Below are positions 1-14,352 of a stretch of 64,000 bases of DNA, in pieces. The stretch comes from the human T2T-CHM13v2.0 reference genome, Homo sapiens: the NCBI RefSeq assembly GCF_009914755.1, contig NC_060940.1; one strand, written 5' to 3'. Position 1 is the first letter of the stretch; each line of letters opens with the position of its first letter. The position numbers were made by a program, and so were the translations under genes. The notes beneath the pieces are model-generated. The model had not been told where the DNA came from and did not search any database. It saw only the letters and a list, made by a program, of their open reading frames with translations.

Positions 1-69
1 AAATTGATACATTACTCCAGTCTAATCTATACTCTCCCAGTCCATGTCTTGACTTTTTTTGTTTCCCCA

Positions 70-385
70 ATTTTTCTTTTAAGTTAAAATACATACAACA
101 TAAAATTTACCATCTTAGATGTCTTTTCCTTTTAATAGAATTATTTAAAGAGCAGAAGTTTTAAATTTGATAAAGCCCAGTGTATCGAAACAATTTTTAT
201 GGATCATGCTTTTGGTATCACATGTAAAAAAATCTTTGTATAACCAAGGTCACAAAAATTTTCTTCTAGAATTTCTTGTAAAAGTTTCATAATTTTAGGT
301 TTTACAATTTGGCCTATAATTCAATCAAAGACCTATGATTTATTCATTGAATTACCTTTTTACCTCTGTCAAAAATCAACTGATA
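70..385 (-). mobile_element. Old L1M fragment (antisense)
   Basis: 'gagcagaagttttaaatttgataaagccc...ggatcatgcttttggt' resembles antisense L1 ORF2 3' region; degenerate. Confidence 0.65.
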
Positions 386-1761
386 GGGGTGAGATCAGCA
401 AGATGGTGGACTAAGAAGCTCAACATCCTTATTCCCTTACAGAGATCCTGAAATAATAGCAATATTGGATGAAAATACATTTCTGAGTATTCTGGAAACC
501 ATTTGGGAAGCTACAGGACCCAGGGAAATGCACAACCAAGAAAAAAAAAAAAGCTGAAAAGTGAAGGAAAGTTGAAGGCATTTTGCTCACTCTAGCTTCT
601 CTTCCCACTCGGTGCAGTGTAGCACCACTGGGAGGAAACCTCCCAATTACTGGCTCCTCCCTTGGGACAGGAAGAAAAGAGTGGAACTTGAATTCAACAT
701 TCTGGCTTATTGGGGGCCCCTTGAGGGACTGGTTCTGTTTCTCCTAACTTGGAGTGCTAATGGCAGCAGTTTAGATACCAAGGATAGATTAGATAACAGG
801 TTGGAGGCCACAGTGAAAATAGAGGCAAACACTGCAGCATGTTAGCAGCAGGGAGTCTGCAGTTCCACTGACAGGCATTAGGGAAGCAAGAAATTATGGT
901 CACAGGAATATAATAGAAATGGAAACCAAAAGCTCCTGAGAAGAAGCAGGGGCAAGCTTGTAAGGGAAAATAAGACAGCTAAAAGCAGCCATATATACTG
1001 GAATAAAAAACACACTCACAAGTACAAAGAAGACATATGACCAGAAAATGTTTGAGAGATCTCAGAGCCTCTAGCCAGACTCATTGGCGAACGTCTTTTT
1101 CTGCACAAAGCCAGCCTATAAAGACTGGGAGAGGTAGGTGTTTATTCAAATCCCCAAATATCAACAAAAGATCACAAGACTTACAAAGAAACAGGGAAAC
1201 ATGACTCAATCAAAGGAATGAAATAAATCTTTGGAAACAAACACTAAAGACATTCAGATATCTGAATTATCTGACAAAGCATTTAAAATAACTGTCAGTG
1301 GTTTTAGAGGTGTTCAGCCATATAAAAGAGAACATAGACAACGAGAAGAAATCAGGAAAAGGATGTATGATAGACTAGGAATATCAACAAAGAGGTAGAA
1401 ACTATGAAGAAGAACTAAAGAGAAATTCTGAAGTGGAAAAATACAATAACTGAGTTGAAAAGTTCAATAGAAGAGCTCAATAGCAGACTTAGTCAAGCAG
1501 AAGAAAGAATCAGTGAACTTGAGGACAGGTCATTCGACATATTCTAGTCATAAGACCAAAAAAAAAAAAAAATCACAAAAACCACAAAAGAATGGAGAAA
1601 AGTGAAGAGAACCTAAGGGAGTTAAGGGATGCCACCAAGTGGACCAATACAGGCATTATGAGAGTTCCAGAAGGAGAAGAGAGAAAAAGGGGAGAAACTT
1701 ATTTGAAAAAAAGATGGCTGAAAACTTCCCAAATTTGAGGAAATAAATGGATATGCAATTC

Positions 1762-2043
1762 CTTGTTATCCCAGCACTTTGGCAGGCTGAGGTTGGTGGA
1801 TTGCTTGAGCCCAGGAGTTCAAGACCAGCCTGGGGAGGATTGTGAGACTCCATCTCTACAAAAAAACACAAAAATTAGCCAGGCATAGTGGTGTATGCCT
1901 GTGGTCCCAGCTACTTAGGAGGCTGAGTTGGGAAGATCACTTGAGCCCAGGGAGTTGAAGCTGCAGTGAGCTATGATTTCTCCCCTGCACTCCACCTAGG
2001 TAACAGAGTGAGACCCTACCTCAAAAAAGAAAAAAAAAAGAAC
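1762..2043 (+). mobile_element. AluJ-like, 5' truncated
   Basis: 'tcccagcactttgg...ggagttcaagaccagcctgg...gcagtgagctatgat' plus A-tail. Confidence 0.9.
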
Positions 2044-3394
2044 AAATTCAGGAAGCTCAACAAATTCCAACTAGGATAAGTTGAGAGAGACCCACACTGA
2101 GACACATTCTAATCAAATTGCCACAGGTGAATCACAAAGAGAGAATCTTGAAAGCAGTAGCAAGAGAAAAGTGGCTTACAATGTACAAGGGAGCCTCTAT
2201 AGGATTATCAAGTTATTTCTCAGCAGAAACCTTACAGACCAGAAGGCAGTGGGATTCAAACTGCTGGGAGAAATAACTTGTTGACTAAGAATAATTGATA
2301 TGGCAAAACTGTCCTTCAAAAATGAAGGAGAAATTAAGGTTTCCCCCAATAAACAAAAGCTGAGGAAGTGTATTACCACTAAACCTGCCCTACAAGAAAT
2401 GCTAATGAGTCTTCTAAGGTGAAATGAAAGGACACTAGACAGCAAGGTGAAGACATGTGAAAATATAAAGTTATCTAGTAGAGGTAAATATATGGACAAA
2501 TATAGAAAACTGTATCATTGTAATTTTGGTGCATAAATCTACCTTAAATTCTTGCAGAGAAGGTAAATTATTGTATAGAATTTTAAAAACAAAAGCATAA
2601 AATAGCTATAAAATACATGAAATAAACTAAGATTAGAAGAAAACTACCTCAACATAATAAAAGCCATTTATGAAAAATTCACAGTGAACATGATACTCAA
2701 TGGTAAAAGAGTGAAAGCTTTTCCTCTATGTTCAGGAACAAGGCCAGGATACCCACTTTTGCCACTTCTGTTCAATGTAGTTCTGGAAGTTCTATCCAGA
2801 GCAATGGGCAAGAAAAAGAAACAAAAGTCATCCAAACTGGAAAAGAAGAAGTAAAATTATCTCTGTTGACAGATGATATCTTATATGTAGAAAACTTTAA
2901 AGATTCCACAAAAAACCTGTTAGAACTAATAAACAAATTCAGTAAAGTAGTAGGATACAAAGTCAATACACAAAAATCGTTGCATTTCTATGTGTGAACA
3001 ATGAACAATATGAAAAGGAAATTACAAGAATAATTCTATTTACAATAGCATAAAAACAATTGGGAATTAACCAGGGAGGTGAAAGATTTGCACATTATAA
3101 ACTATAAAACAAGGTTGAAAGAAATGGAAGAAGACATAAAGGGAAATATATCATATGTTCAAGGATTGGACAACAATATTTTTAAGATGTTACTCTACTT
3201 CAGATAATCTACAGATTGAATGAAATCCCTATCAAAATCTCAATGACTTTTTTTTCAGAAATAGAAAAGTATATTCCAAAATTTTCATGAAACTTCAAGG
3301 GATTCTGGACAGCCATAACAATCCTAAGAAAAAAAATACAGCTAGAGGATTCATATTTCCTAGCTTCCAAACTTACTAAAAAATTATAGTAATT

Positions 3395-3705
3395 GGCCAG
3401 GTGTGGTGCCTCATACCTATAATCCCAGCAGGGAGGCTGAGGTGTGAAGATCACTTGAGCTCAAGAGTTCCAGATTAGCCTGAGCAACATGGCAAAACCC
3501 TGTCTCTACAAAAAAAAAAAAAGAAAGAAAAAAGAAAAAAATACAAGAATTAGCTGGGCATGGTGGTGTGTGCCTGTGTCCCTGCTACTCAGGAGGCTGA
3601 GGTAGGAGTATCACCTGAGCCCAGGGAGGTAGAGGATGCAGTGAGCCATGATTGTACCACCTCACTCCAGCCTAGGTGACAAAGTGAGACTCTGTTTCAA
3701 AAAAA
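3395..3705 (+). mobile_element. AluJ-like with expanded middle A-rich linker
   Basis: 'ggccaggtgtggtgcctca...', ~35-nt A-rich linker at 3508-3541, right monomer, short tail. Confidence 0.9.
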
Positions 3706-4110
3706 CAATAATAATCAAAACAGTGTGGTACTGGCATAATGACAGACATATAAGCCAATATAATAAAACAGAAAGCCCAGAAATAAACTGGCCAGATGAT
3801 GATCAGGGTGCTGAGACCATTCAATGGGGAATAGTCTTTTCAACAAATTGTGCTGAGAAAACTGGTTATCTACACACAAAAGGATCAAGTTGGACCTTTA
3901 CCTAACACCATACACAAACATTAACTCAAAATGGATGAAAGATCTAAATGTAAGACCTACAACTATAAGACTCTTAGGAGAAAACATAGGGCAAAATCTT
4001 TACATTTGATCTGGTCATGATTTCTTGGAAATGACCTCAAAGACACAGGTAATGAAAGAAAAAAATAGACAAATTAGGCTTCATGAAAGTTTTTAAAAAT
4101 TGTGCATCAA

Positions 4111-5461
<1,351 letters not shown>

Positions 5462-5548
5462 AAAAATTGTGCATCAAAATACAATATAAACAGAGTAAAA
5501 AATCAACCAATAGAATGGGAGAAAATGTTTGCAAATCATATATCTGAT

Positions 5549-5970
5549 TGTCAGGCCTCGGAGCCCAAGCTAAGCCATCATATCCCCTGTGACCTGCACC
5601 TACACATCCAGATGGCCAGTTCCTGCCTTAACTGATGACATCCCATGACAAAAGAAGTGAAAATAGCCCGTCCCTGCCTTAACTGATGACATTATCTTGT
5701 GAAATTCCTTCTCCTGGCTCATCCTAGCTCAAAAGCTCCCCTACTGAACACCTTGTGACCCCCATCCCTGCCAGGCAGAGAACAACCCCCTTTGACTGTA
5801 ATTTTCCTTTACCTACCCAAATCTTATAAAACGACCCCACCCCAACTCCCTTCACTGACTCTCTTTTCAGACTCAGCCCGCCTGCACCCAGGTGAAATAA
5901 ACAGCCTTGTTGCTCACATAAAGCCTGTTTGGTGGTCTCTTCACATGGACGTGAGTGAAATGAAGTGAAA
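5549..5970 (+). promoter_or_regulatory. LTR7 (HERV-H 5' LTR) promoter/enhancer
   Basis: Starts 'tgtcaggcctcggagcccaagctaagcc'; duplicated 'cctgccttaactgatgacat'; TATA 'tataaaa' ~5825; AATAAA ~5896. Confidence 0.93.
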
Positions 5971-5972
5971 TT

Positions 5973-5989
5973 TGGGCCGTGACTCAGAT
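5973..5989 (+). other. Primer binding site, tRNA-His type (degenerate)
   Basis: tgggccgtgactcagat versus the tRNA-His PBS TGGTGCCGTGACTCGGAT. Confidence 0.85.
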
Positions 5990-6112
5990 CGGGGGACCTC
6001 CCTTGGGAGATCAACCCCCTGTCCTCCTGCTCTTTACTCCATGAGAAAGATCCACCTACGACCTCGGGTCCTCAGAACAACCAGCCCAAGGAACATCTCA
6101 CCAATTTTAAAT

Positions 6113-6121
6113 CTGGTAAGC
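6113..6121 (+). promoter_or_regulatory. HERV-H major splice donor
   Basis: ctg|gtaagc about 130 nt downstream of the PBS, the usual HERV-H position. Confidence 0.7.
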
Positions 6122-6679
6122 GGCCTCTCTTTACTCTCTTCTCCAACCTCTCTCACTATCCCTCAACCTCTTTCTCTTTTCAATCTTGGTGCCATACTTC
6201 AATCTTTCCTTTTTCTTAATTTCAGTTCCTTTCCTTTTCTGGTAGAGACAAAGGAGATACATTTTATCCGCGGACCCAAAACTCTGGTGCTGGTCACGGA
6301 CTCAGAAAGACAGTTTTCCTTTGGTGTTTAATGCCTGCCTGATTATTCACCCACGTTTCAGAGGTGTCTGACCATGCGAGGACACCTGCCTTGGTCCTTC
6401 ACCCTTAGCAGCAAGTAGCACTTTTCTGGGGGGCAAGCACCCCATGACCCCTTCTCTCCGTGTCTCTACCCCTTCTCCACTTTTCTGGGGGCAAGCACCC
6501 CCCGACCCCTTCTCTCCATGTCTCTACTCTCTCTTTTCTCTGGGCTTGCCTTCTTCACTATGGGCAACCTTCCACCCTCCATTCCTCCTTCTTCTCCCTT
6601 AGCTTGTGTTCTCAAGAACTTAAAACCTCTTCAACTCTTGTGTGACCTAAAATCTAAGCATCTTATTTTTTTCTGCAAC

Positions 6680-7812
6680 ACTGCTTGACCCCAATACAAA
6701 CTTGACAGTGGTTCCAAATAGCCAGAAAATGGCACTTTGGATTTTTCCATCCTACAAGATCTAAATAATTCTTGTCTTAAAATGGGCAAATTGTCTGAGG
6801 TGCCTGATGTCCAGGCATTCTTTTACACATCAGTCCCTCCCTAGTCTCTGTTCCCATGCAACTCATCCCAAATCTTCCTTCTTTCTCTCCTGTCTGTCCC
6901 CTCAGTCCCAAGCCCAAGCATCGCTGAGTCTTTCCTCTTTTGAATCTTCCTTTTCTATGGAACCATCCGACCTCTCCCCTCCTCCCCAGGCTGCTTATCA
7001 CCAGGCCGAGCTAGGTCCCAATTTTTCCTCAGCCTCTGCTCCCCCACCCTATAATTCTTTTATCACCCCTTCTCCTCACACCCAGTCTGGGTCACAGTTT
7101 AATTCCACGACTAACCCTCCCCCACCTGCCCAGCAATTTCCTCTTAAAAAGGTGACTGGAGCTAAAGGCATAGTCAAGGTTAACACTCCTTTTTCTTTAT
7201 CTGACCTCTCCCAAATCAGTTAGTGTTTAGGCTCTTTTTCATCAAATATAAAATCCCAGCCCAGTTCCTGGCTCATTGGGCAGCAACCCTGAGATGCTTT
7301 ACAGCCCTAGACCCTAAAAGATCAAAAGGCCGTCTTATTCTCAATATATGTTTTATTACCCAATCTGCTCCTGACATTAAATAAAACTCCAAAAATTAAA
7401 TTCCAGCCCTCAAACCCCACAACAGGACTTAAGTAACCTTGCCTTCATGGTGTATAGTAATAGACAAAAGGTAGCCAAGTAGCAATGTATTTCTGAGTTG
7501 CAATTCCTTGCCTCCACTGTGATACAAACCCCAGCCACATCTCCAGCACACAAGAACTTCGAAACACCTGAACAACAGTGGCCAGGTGTTCCTCCAGGAG
7601 CTTGCCACAAGTGCCAGAAATATGGCCACTGGGCCAAGGAATGCCCACAGCCCGGGATTCCTCCTAAGCTGTGTCCCATCTGTGTGGGACCCCACTGGAA
7701 ATTAGACTGTCCAACTCACCCAGCAGCCACTCCTAGAGCCCTTGGAACTCTGGCCCAAGGCTCTCCGACTGACTCCTTTCCAGATCTTCTCAGCTTAGCT
7801 GCTGAAGACTGA
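6680..7812 (+). pseudogene. gag: HERV-H gag remnant, including nucleocapsid with two zinc knuckles
   Basis: ORF 7498-7812 contains CHKCQKYGHWAKEC and CPICVGPHWKLDC; upstream Pro-rich region with PPPY; frame is broken. Confidence 0.85.
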
Positions 7813-7859
7813 CACTGCCTGATCGCCTCGGAAGCCTACAGGACCATTAAAGACACCGA

Positions 7860-10790
7860 GCTTTAGGTAACTCTTACAGTGGAGGGTAAGTCCTTCCCCT
7901 TCTTAATCAATATGGAGGCTACCCACTCCACATTACCTTCTTTTCAAGGGCCTGTTTCCCTTGCTTCCATAACTGTTGTGGGTATTGATGGCCAGGCTTC
8001 TAAACCCCTTAAAACTCCCCAACTCTAGTGCCAACTTGGACAATATTCTTTTATGCACTCCTTTTCAGTTATCCCAACCTGTCCAGTTCCCTTATTAGGT
8101 CTAGGCATTTTAACTAAATTAGCTGCTTCCCTGACTATTCCAAGGCTACAGCCACACCTCATTGCCGCCCTTTTCCCCAGTTCAAAGCCTCCTTCACATC
8201 CTTCCCTTGTATCTCCCCACCTTAATCCACAAGTATAGTACAACTCTACTCTCTCCTTGGTGACTGATCATACACCCCTTACCATCCCATTAAAACCAAA
8301 TCACCCTTACCCCACTCAATGCCAATATTCCATCCCACAGCATGCTTTAAAAGGATTAAAGCCTGTTATCCATCACCTGTTACAGTATGGCCTTTTAAAG
8401 CCTATAAACTCTCCTTACAATTCCCCCATTTTACCTGTTCAAAAACCAGACAAGCCTTACAGCTTAGTTCAGGATCTGTGCCTTATCAACCAAATTGTTT
8501 TGCCTATCTACCCTGTAGTGTCAAACCCATATACTCTCCTATCCTCAATACCTCCCTCCACAACCCATTATTCTGTTCTGGATCTCAAACATGCTTTCTT
8601 TACTATTCCTTTGCACCCTTTATCCCAGCCTTTCTTCACTTTCACTTGGACTGACCCTGACACCCATCAGGCTCAGCAAATTACCTGGGCTGTACTGCCT
8701 CAAGGCTTCACAGACAGCCCCCATTACTTCAGTCAAGCCCAGATTTCTTCCTCATCTGTTACCTATCTCGGCATAATTCTCATGAAAACACAAGTGCTCT
8801 CCTGCTGATCATGTCCAGCTAATCTCCCAAACCCAAATCCCTTCTACAAAACAACTCCTTTCCTCCCTAGGCATGGTTAGGTACTTCTGCCTAGGTACCT
8901 AGGTACCTAGGATACCTAGTTTTACCATCCTGACTAAACCATTATATAAACTCACAAAAGCAAACCTAGCTGACCCCACAGAGCCTAAATCCTAGCTGAC
9001 CCCACAGAGCCTAAATCCTTTCCCCACTCCCCTTTCTGTTCCTTAAAAACAGCCCTAAAAGCTGCTCCCACACTAGATCTCCCTAACTCATCCCAACCTT
9101 TTTCATTACACACAGCCGAAGTGCAGGGCTGTGTGGTTGCAATTCTTACACAAGGACCAGGACCACGCCCTATAGCCTTTCTGTCCAAACAACTTGACCT
9201 TACTCTTTTAGCCTAGCCCTCATGTCTGCGTGCAGTGGCTGCCACTGTTTTAATACTTTTAGAGACCCTCAAAATCACAAACTATGCTCAACTCACTCTG
9301 TACATTTCTCATAACTTCCAAAATCTATTTTCTTCCTCCCACCTGATGCATATACTTTCTGCTCCCCGGCTCCTTCAGCTATACTCACTCTTTGTTAAGT
9401 CTCCCACAATTACCATTGTTCCGGACTTCAATCCAGCCTCCCACATTATTCCTGATACCACACCTGACCCCCACGACTGTATCTTTCTGATCCACCTGAC
9501 ATTCACTCCATTTCCCCATATTTCCTTCTTTCCTGTTCCTCACCCTGAACACACTTGGTTTATTGATGGCAGTTCCACTAGGCCTAATCGCCACTCACCA
9601 GCAAAGGCAGGCTATGCTATAGTATCTTCCACACCTATCATTGAGGCTACCACTCTGCCCCCTCCACTACCTCTCAGCAAGCTGAACTATTGCCTTAACT
9701 CAGGCCCTCACTCTTGCAAAGGGACTACACATCAATATTTATACTGACTCTAAATATGTCTTCCATGTCCTGCACCACCATGCTCTTATATGGGCTGAAA
9801 GAGGTTTCCTGTCTATGCAAGGGTCCTCCATCATTAATGCCTCTTTAATAAAAATGCTTCTCAAAACTGCTTTACTTCCAAAGGAAGCTGGAGTCATTTG
9901 TTGCAAAGGCCATCAAAAGGCATCAGATTCCATGGCTCAGGACAATGCTTATGCTGATAAGTTAGCTAAAAAAGCAGCTAGCATTCCAACTTCTATCACT
10001 CACGGCAGTTTTCCTCCTTCTCATCTGGCCACTCCCACCTACTCCCCGACTAAAACTTCCACCTATCAATCTCTTCCCACACAAGGCAAATAGTTCTTAG
10101 ACCATGGAAAATATCTCCTTCCAGCCTCACAGGCCCATTCTATCCTGTCATCATTTCATAACCTCTTCCATGTAGGTTACAAGCTGCTAGCCCACCTCTT
10201 AGAAGCTCTCATTTCCTTTCCATCGTGGAAATCTATCCTTAAGGAAATCACTTCTCAGTGTTCCATCTGCTATTCTACTACTCCTCAGGGATTGTTCAGG
10301 CACCCCCCCCACCCTTCCCTACACATCAAACTCAGGGATTTGCCCCTGCTCAGGACTGGCAAATTGACTTTACTCACATGCCTCGAGTCAGGAAACTAAA
10401 ATACCTCTTGGTCTGGGTAGACACTTTCACTGGATGGGTAGAGGCCTTTCCCACAGGGTCTGAGAAGGCCACTGCAGTCATTTCTTCCCATCTGTCAGAT
10501 ATAATTCCTCGGTTTGGCCTTCCTACCTCTATACAGTCTGATAACGGACCAGCCTTTATTAGTCAACTCACCCAAGCAGTTTCTCAGGCTCTTGGTACTC
10601 AGTGAACTAATGGTCTTTTAAAAACACACCTCACCAAGCTCAGCCACCAACTTAAAAAGGACTGGACAATACTCTTAACACTTTCCCTTCTGAGAATTTG
10701 GGCCTGTCCTTGGAATGCTACAGGGTACAGCCCATTTGAGCTCCTGTGTAGACCCTCCTTTTTCTTAGGGCCCAGTCTCATTCCAGACAC
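7860..10790 (+). pseudogene. pol: HERV-H pro-pol remnant (protease, RT, RNase H, integrase), disrupted
   Basis: Protease site reads FLINMEAT (no catalytic Asp). RT 'SPYNSPILPVQKP..VLDLKHAFFTIPL..LPQGFTDSP' with the YxDD region absent. RNase H 'WFIDGSS'. Integrase 'WQIDFTHMP..DTFTGWVEAFP..QSDNGPAF'. Many stops and frameshifts. Confidence 0.92.
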
Positions 10791-11944
10791 CAGGTCAATT
10801 TGGACTGTGCCCCAAAAAACTTGTCATCTCTACTATCTTCTGTCTAGTCATACTCCTATTCACCATTCTCAACTACTCATAAATGCCCTGCCCTTGTTTA
10901 CACTGCCAGTTTACACTGTTTCTCCAAGCCATCACAGCTGATATCTCCTGGTGCTATCCCCAAACCACCACTCTCAACTCTTAAATAAATAATCTTTGCT
11001 GGCAGGGCTATGCTGAACTTCCTTAGGCACTCTCTAATTGGATGTCCTAGGTCCTCCCAATTCTTAGTCCTTTAATATCTGTTTTTCTCCTTCTCTTATT
11101 CCGTTTAGTTTTTCAATTCATACAAAACCATATCCAGGCCATCACCAATAATTCTATATGACAAATGCTCCTTCCAACAACCCCACAATATCACCCCTTA
11201 CCACAAAATCTTCCTTCAGCTTAATCTCTCCCACTCTAGGTTCCCATCCCACCCCTAATCCCACTCAAAGCAGCTCTGAGAAACATCGCCCGTTATCTCT
11301 CCATACCATCCCCCCAAATTTTTGCTGCCCCAACACTTTACCACTGTTTCATTTTATTTTTCTTATTAATATAAGAAGACACTGATAATGGATTAATATC
11401 CATAATATATAGTAAACTCCTAAAACTCAACACCAAAAAAGGAAACAACATAATTCAGCAATGTTCAAAGGACTTGAATATACATTGAATCTCCAAAGAT
11501 TTACAGATGGCCAATAAGCACATGAAACGATGCCCAATATCACTGAATTACTGATCATTAGGGAACCGCAAAGAAAAACTACCATGTGATACCACCTCCC
11601 ACCGATTAGAATGGCTGCTATTAAAAAAAAAAAAAAAAGAAACCACAGAAAACAAGTGTTAGTGAGGATATGGAGAAATAGGAACCCTTGTGCACTGCTG
11701 CTGGGAATGTAAAATGGCACAGCTGCTATGGAAAACAGTATGAAACTTCCTCAAGAAAATTAAAAATAGAATTACCATATGATTCAGCAATTCCACTTCT
11801 GGATATATATCCACAAGAATTGAAAGCAAGGTCTTGAAGAGATCTTTGCACACCCATGTTCATAGCAGCATGATTCCCAATAGCCCAAAGGTGGAAGCAA
11901 TCCCAATGTCCATTGACAGATGAATGGATACACACATATATACA

Positions 11945-12329
11945 TATTTATTAATTTGTTAGTGCCACCATAACCAAATATCACAAACTGGGTGGCTTAA
12001 ACAACAGAAATTTATTCTCTTACAGCTGCGGATGCTACAAGTCCAAGATCAAGGTGTGGCAGGGTTGGGTTATCTGAGGCCTTTCTCCGTGGCTGGCAGG
12101 GGACTGCCTTCCTGCCATGTCCTTCCATTCATCCCTTCTCTGTGTAAGTGCCTCCCTGGTGTCTCTTCCTCTTCCTATAGAGACAGTAGTCCTATTAGGT
12201 TAGGGCTCTACACTTACGACTTCATGTAACCCTAATTACCTCTTTAAAGGCCCTATTTCCAAATATAGTTATATTGGGGGTTAACTAAGGCTTCTACACT
12301 TGGGTAAGGGCACAATTCAATCTATAACA
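11945..12329 (-). mobile_element. MLT1 (MLT1A/B-like) MaLR LTR inserted in the L1M
   Basis: 'caaactgggtggcttaaacaacagaaatttattctc...aagtccaagatcaaggtg...cacaattcaatctataaca'. Confidence 0.85.
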
Positions 12330-13002
12330 ACTTGTAATAGAATATCATTCAGCCTTAAGAGGAAGGAAGTCTGTTACCTGCAAAAATATGGATTAACCTT
12401 GAGGACATTATCACCAAGTCTACACCAAAGACTCCCATCATGTGATTTTTAAAAACTGTTGTTCCCTCTCCTGCCAGCCAGAGCACCCACCCCTTCTGCC
12501 TGCATCTTCCTGTCACATACCTCTGAGCCTTTGTACACTGCTATTTTCTCTCCTGGAATGTCTTCTCTTCGCTCCCCTCATCAGAGCAAATCTTGTTCAC
12601 CCTTCTAAGCCCAGCCAAAGTGCTGTCTTTGAAGTTCCTATTCCTGAAGTAGAGCTCATGTCTCTTCTGTGTTCCTCCAGTTCTTTGTACAACATGCTAG
12701 ATCACAACTCTCTCTCTTTCAGCCTCCTCCACCAAACCGTAAGCTCTCAAAGGCACAGAGTCTCTCCTCTCTCCTCATTCATGCCTTGTACAATGACCAT
12801 ACATGGTAGATACCAATGTTTGTTGAGTGAATGCAGGCGCAGGTAGGCAAACAATGGTAAGGGAATTAAGACTAGCATGGCTCAATCATATTTGGTTACC
12901 TTGTCCATTCAAAGTGTGGTGGCAAAGTGTGGTACGTGTATCAATAGTGGCCCACAGGATGACTTTAGGTAGCACCTGGATGAACCCATTTTTACATAGT
13001 TA

Positions 13003-13712
13003 TGTAACCGCCCAATGTGTTAATTTTGCCTGCTGGTCAGGCAGAGCTGACTTATCAAGATGGGGGAATTGCATTAGAGTAAGAGTTTAATTCAAGAAGA
13101 GCCAGCTGAATGGGAGACTGGAATTTTATTACTCAAATCAGTCTCCCTGAACATGTGGAGACTAGGGTTTTTCAAGGATAGTTTGGCAGGCCAGAGAATG
13201 GGTGCTGTTGATTGGTTGAGGATGCCATCATAGGGGTGTGGAAAGTGATCCTCCTGCATGCTCAGTCTGCTTCTGAGTGGGACCACCGGACCCCTTGGTA
13301 GGTCCAGGTGGAGCCATCTGTCATCAGAAATGAAAAAACCTGAAAAGACATCTTAAGAGGCTAATCTTATGTTCTACAAGAGTGATTTATCTGCAGGAAT
13401 AATTGGGAAAGTTGCAAATCTTGTGAACCCCAGCATAATGACTGGTAATCCTTTACATGTTAGCAGAATTCAGGCTCATGTCATCCTCCTGACCTGGTGG
13501 TCTTTCATTAGCCTTACAAAAGTGGTAGAGTTTCGGGGAAGGGATATTACCATTTGAAGTATAAACTAAATGTCTCCCAGAGTTAACTTGGACTAGGCCC
13601 AGGAATAATTAGGGCAGTTTGGAGGTTAAAGGCAAGATGGAAGTGAGTTAGATCAGATCTCATTCATTGTCATAATTTTCTCACTGTTATAATTTTTCCA
13701 AAGGTGGTTTCA
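13003..13712 (-). mobile_element. LTR8-family (ERV1) solo LTR
   Basis: Reverse complement starts 'tgaaaccacctttggaaaaattataac'; TG...CA ends; 4-bp TSD gtta (12999-13002 and 13713-13716). Confidence 0.85.
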
Positions 13713-13792
13713 GTTATAAGCTCACATTAACGTGTTCTAGAAAAGATATAACTACATCTGAAACCTGCAATTTCATGGATCTCATTGCTTCT

Positions 13793-14352
13793 TGAAGGAA
13801 ATAAAGATATTTTACTCCAAAATCTATTTATTTGACATATTTTGAAATGGCTGCCACAGAGCCAACAGACAGAAGTGGCTTGCAAAGCTGTCTTTTGTGG
13901 GGGAAATTTGCATCTGTAGAGAATCTCCATGGATGCAGCCAGGCCTTCCGTTTCTAGGCCTTTCCTGGATCTATGGGAGATTGAGAGTCTGACCCTTTAA
14001 ATGTCAGAAAAGGGACATTTACCATATGTTCTCTTTAGGGCTGCCACCCAAGAGGCTTACTCTACATAATGAGACCCCCTTTGGTAGCCAGGCCCCTTCC
14101 TCTCCCCTTCTCATAACCTGCCTTGGCACTAAACTTGATCTACCAACCTAACCTGTTTTGGGCCATGCTCTGAGCATGCATTATTTCTATAACCTCGAGA
14201 TGCTATGCAAGCTTTGGAACCTAACCAGGGAATTACATCATCATTCTCAAGGTTCCTGTGTATACATATTACACACATTTGTCTGCCTTTTGTGAGTTGA
14301 TTTTTCAGCAGAACTTCAGAGGGTCAAGGGGAAAGCTCTTCCTTGGCCCTCA
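13793..14352 (+). mobile_element. MER39-like ERV1 solo LTR
   Basis: 'tgaaggaaataaagatattttactccaaaa...gacatattttgaaatggctg' start; ends 'ccttggccctca'. Confidence 0.75.

Larger units (their letters stand above)
5549..11381 (+). mobile_element. HERV-H provirus (deleted, non-autonomous type); 5' LTR only, no 3' LTR
   Basis: LTR7, His-type PBS, gag/pro/pol/int remnants; ends at 'ataagaagaca'; 5-bp TSD ctgat (5544-5548 and 11382-11386). Confidence 0.95.

Noticed and set aside
8257-10605. HERV-H RT, RNase H and integrase ORFs as functional genes
   Set aside because: Fragmented by stops and frameshifts; RT lacks YxDD and the protease lacks its catalytic Asp.
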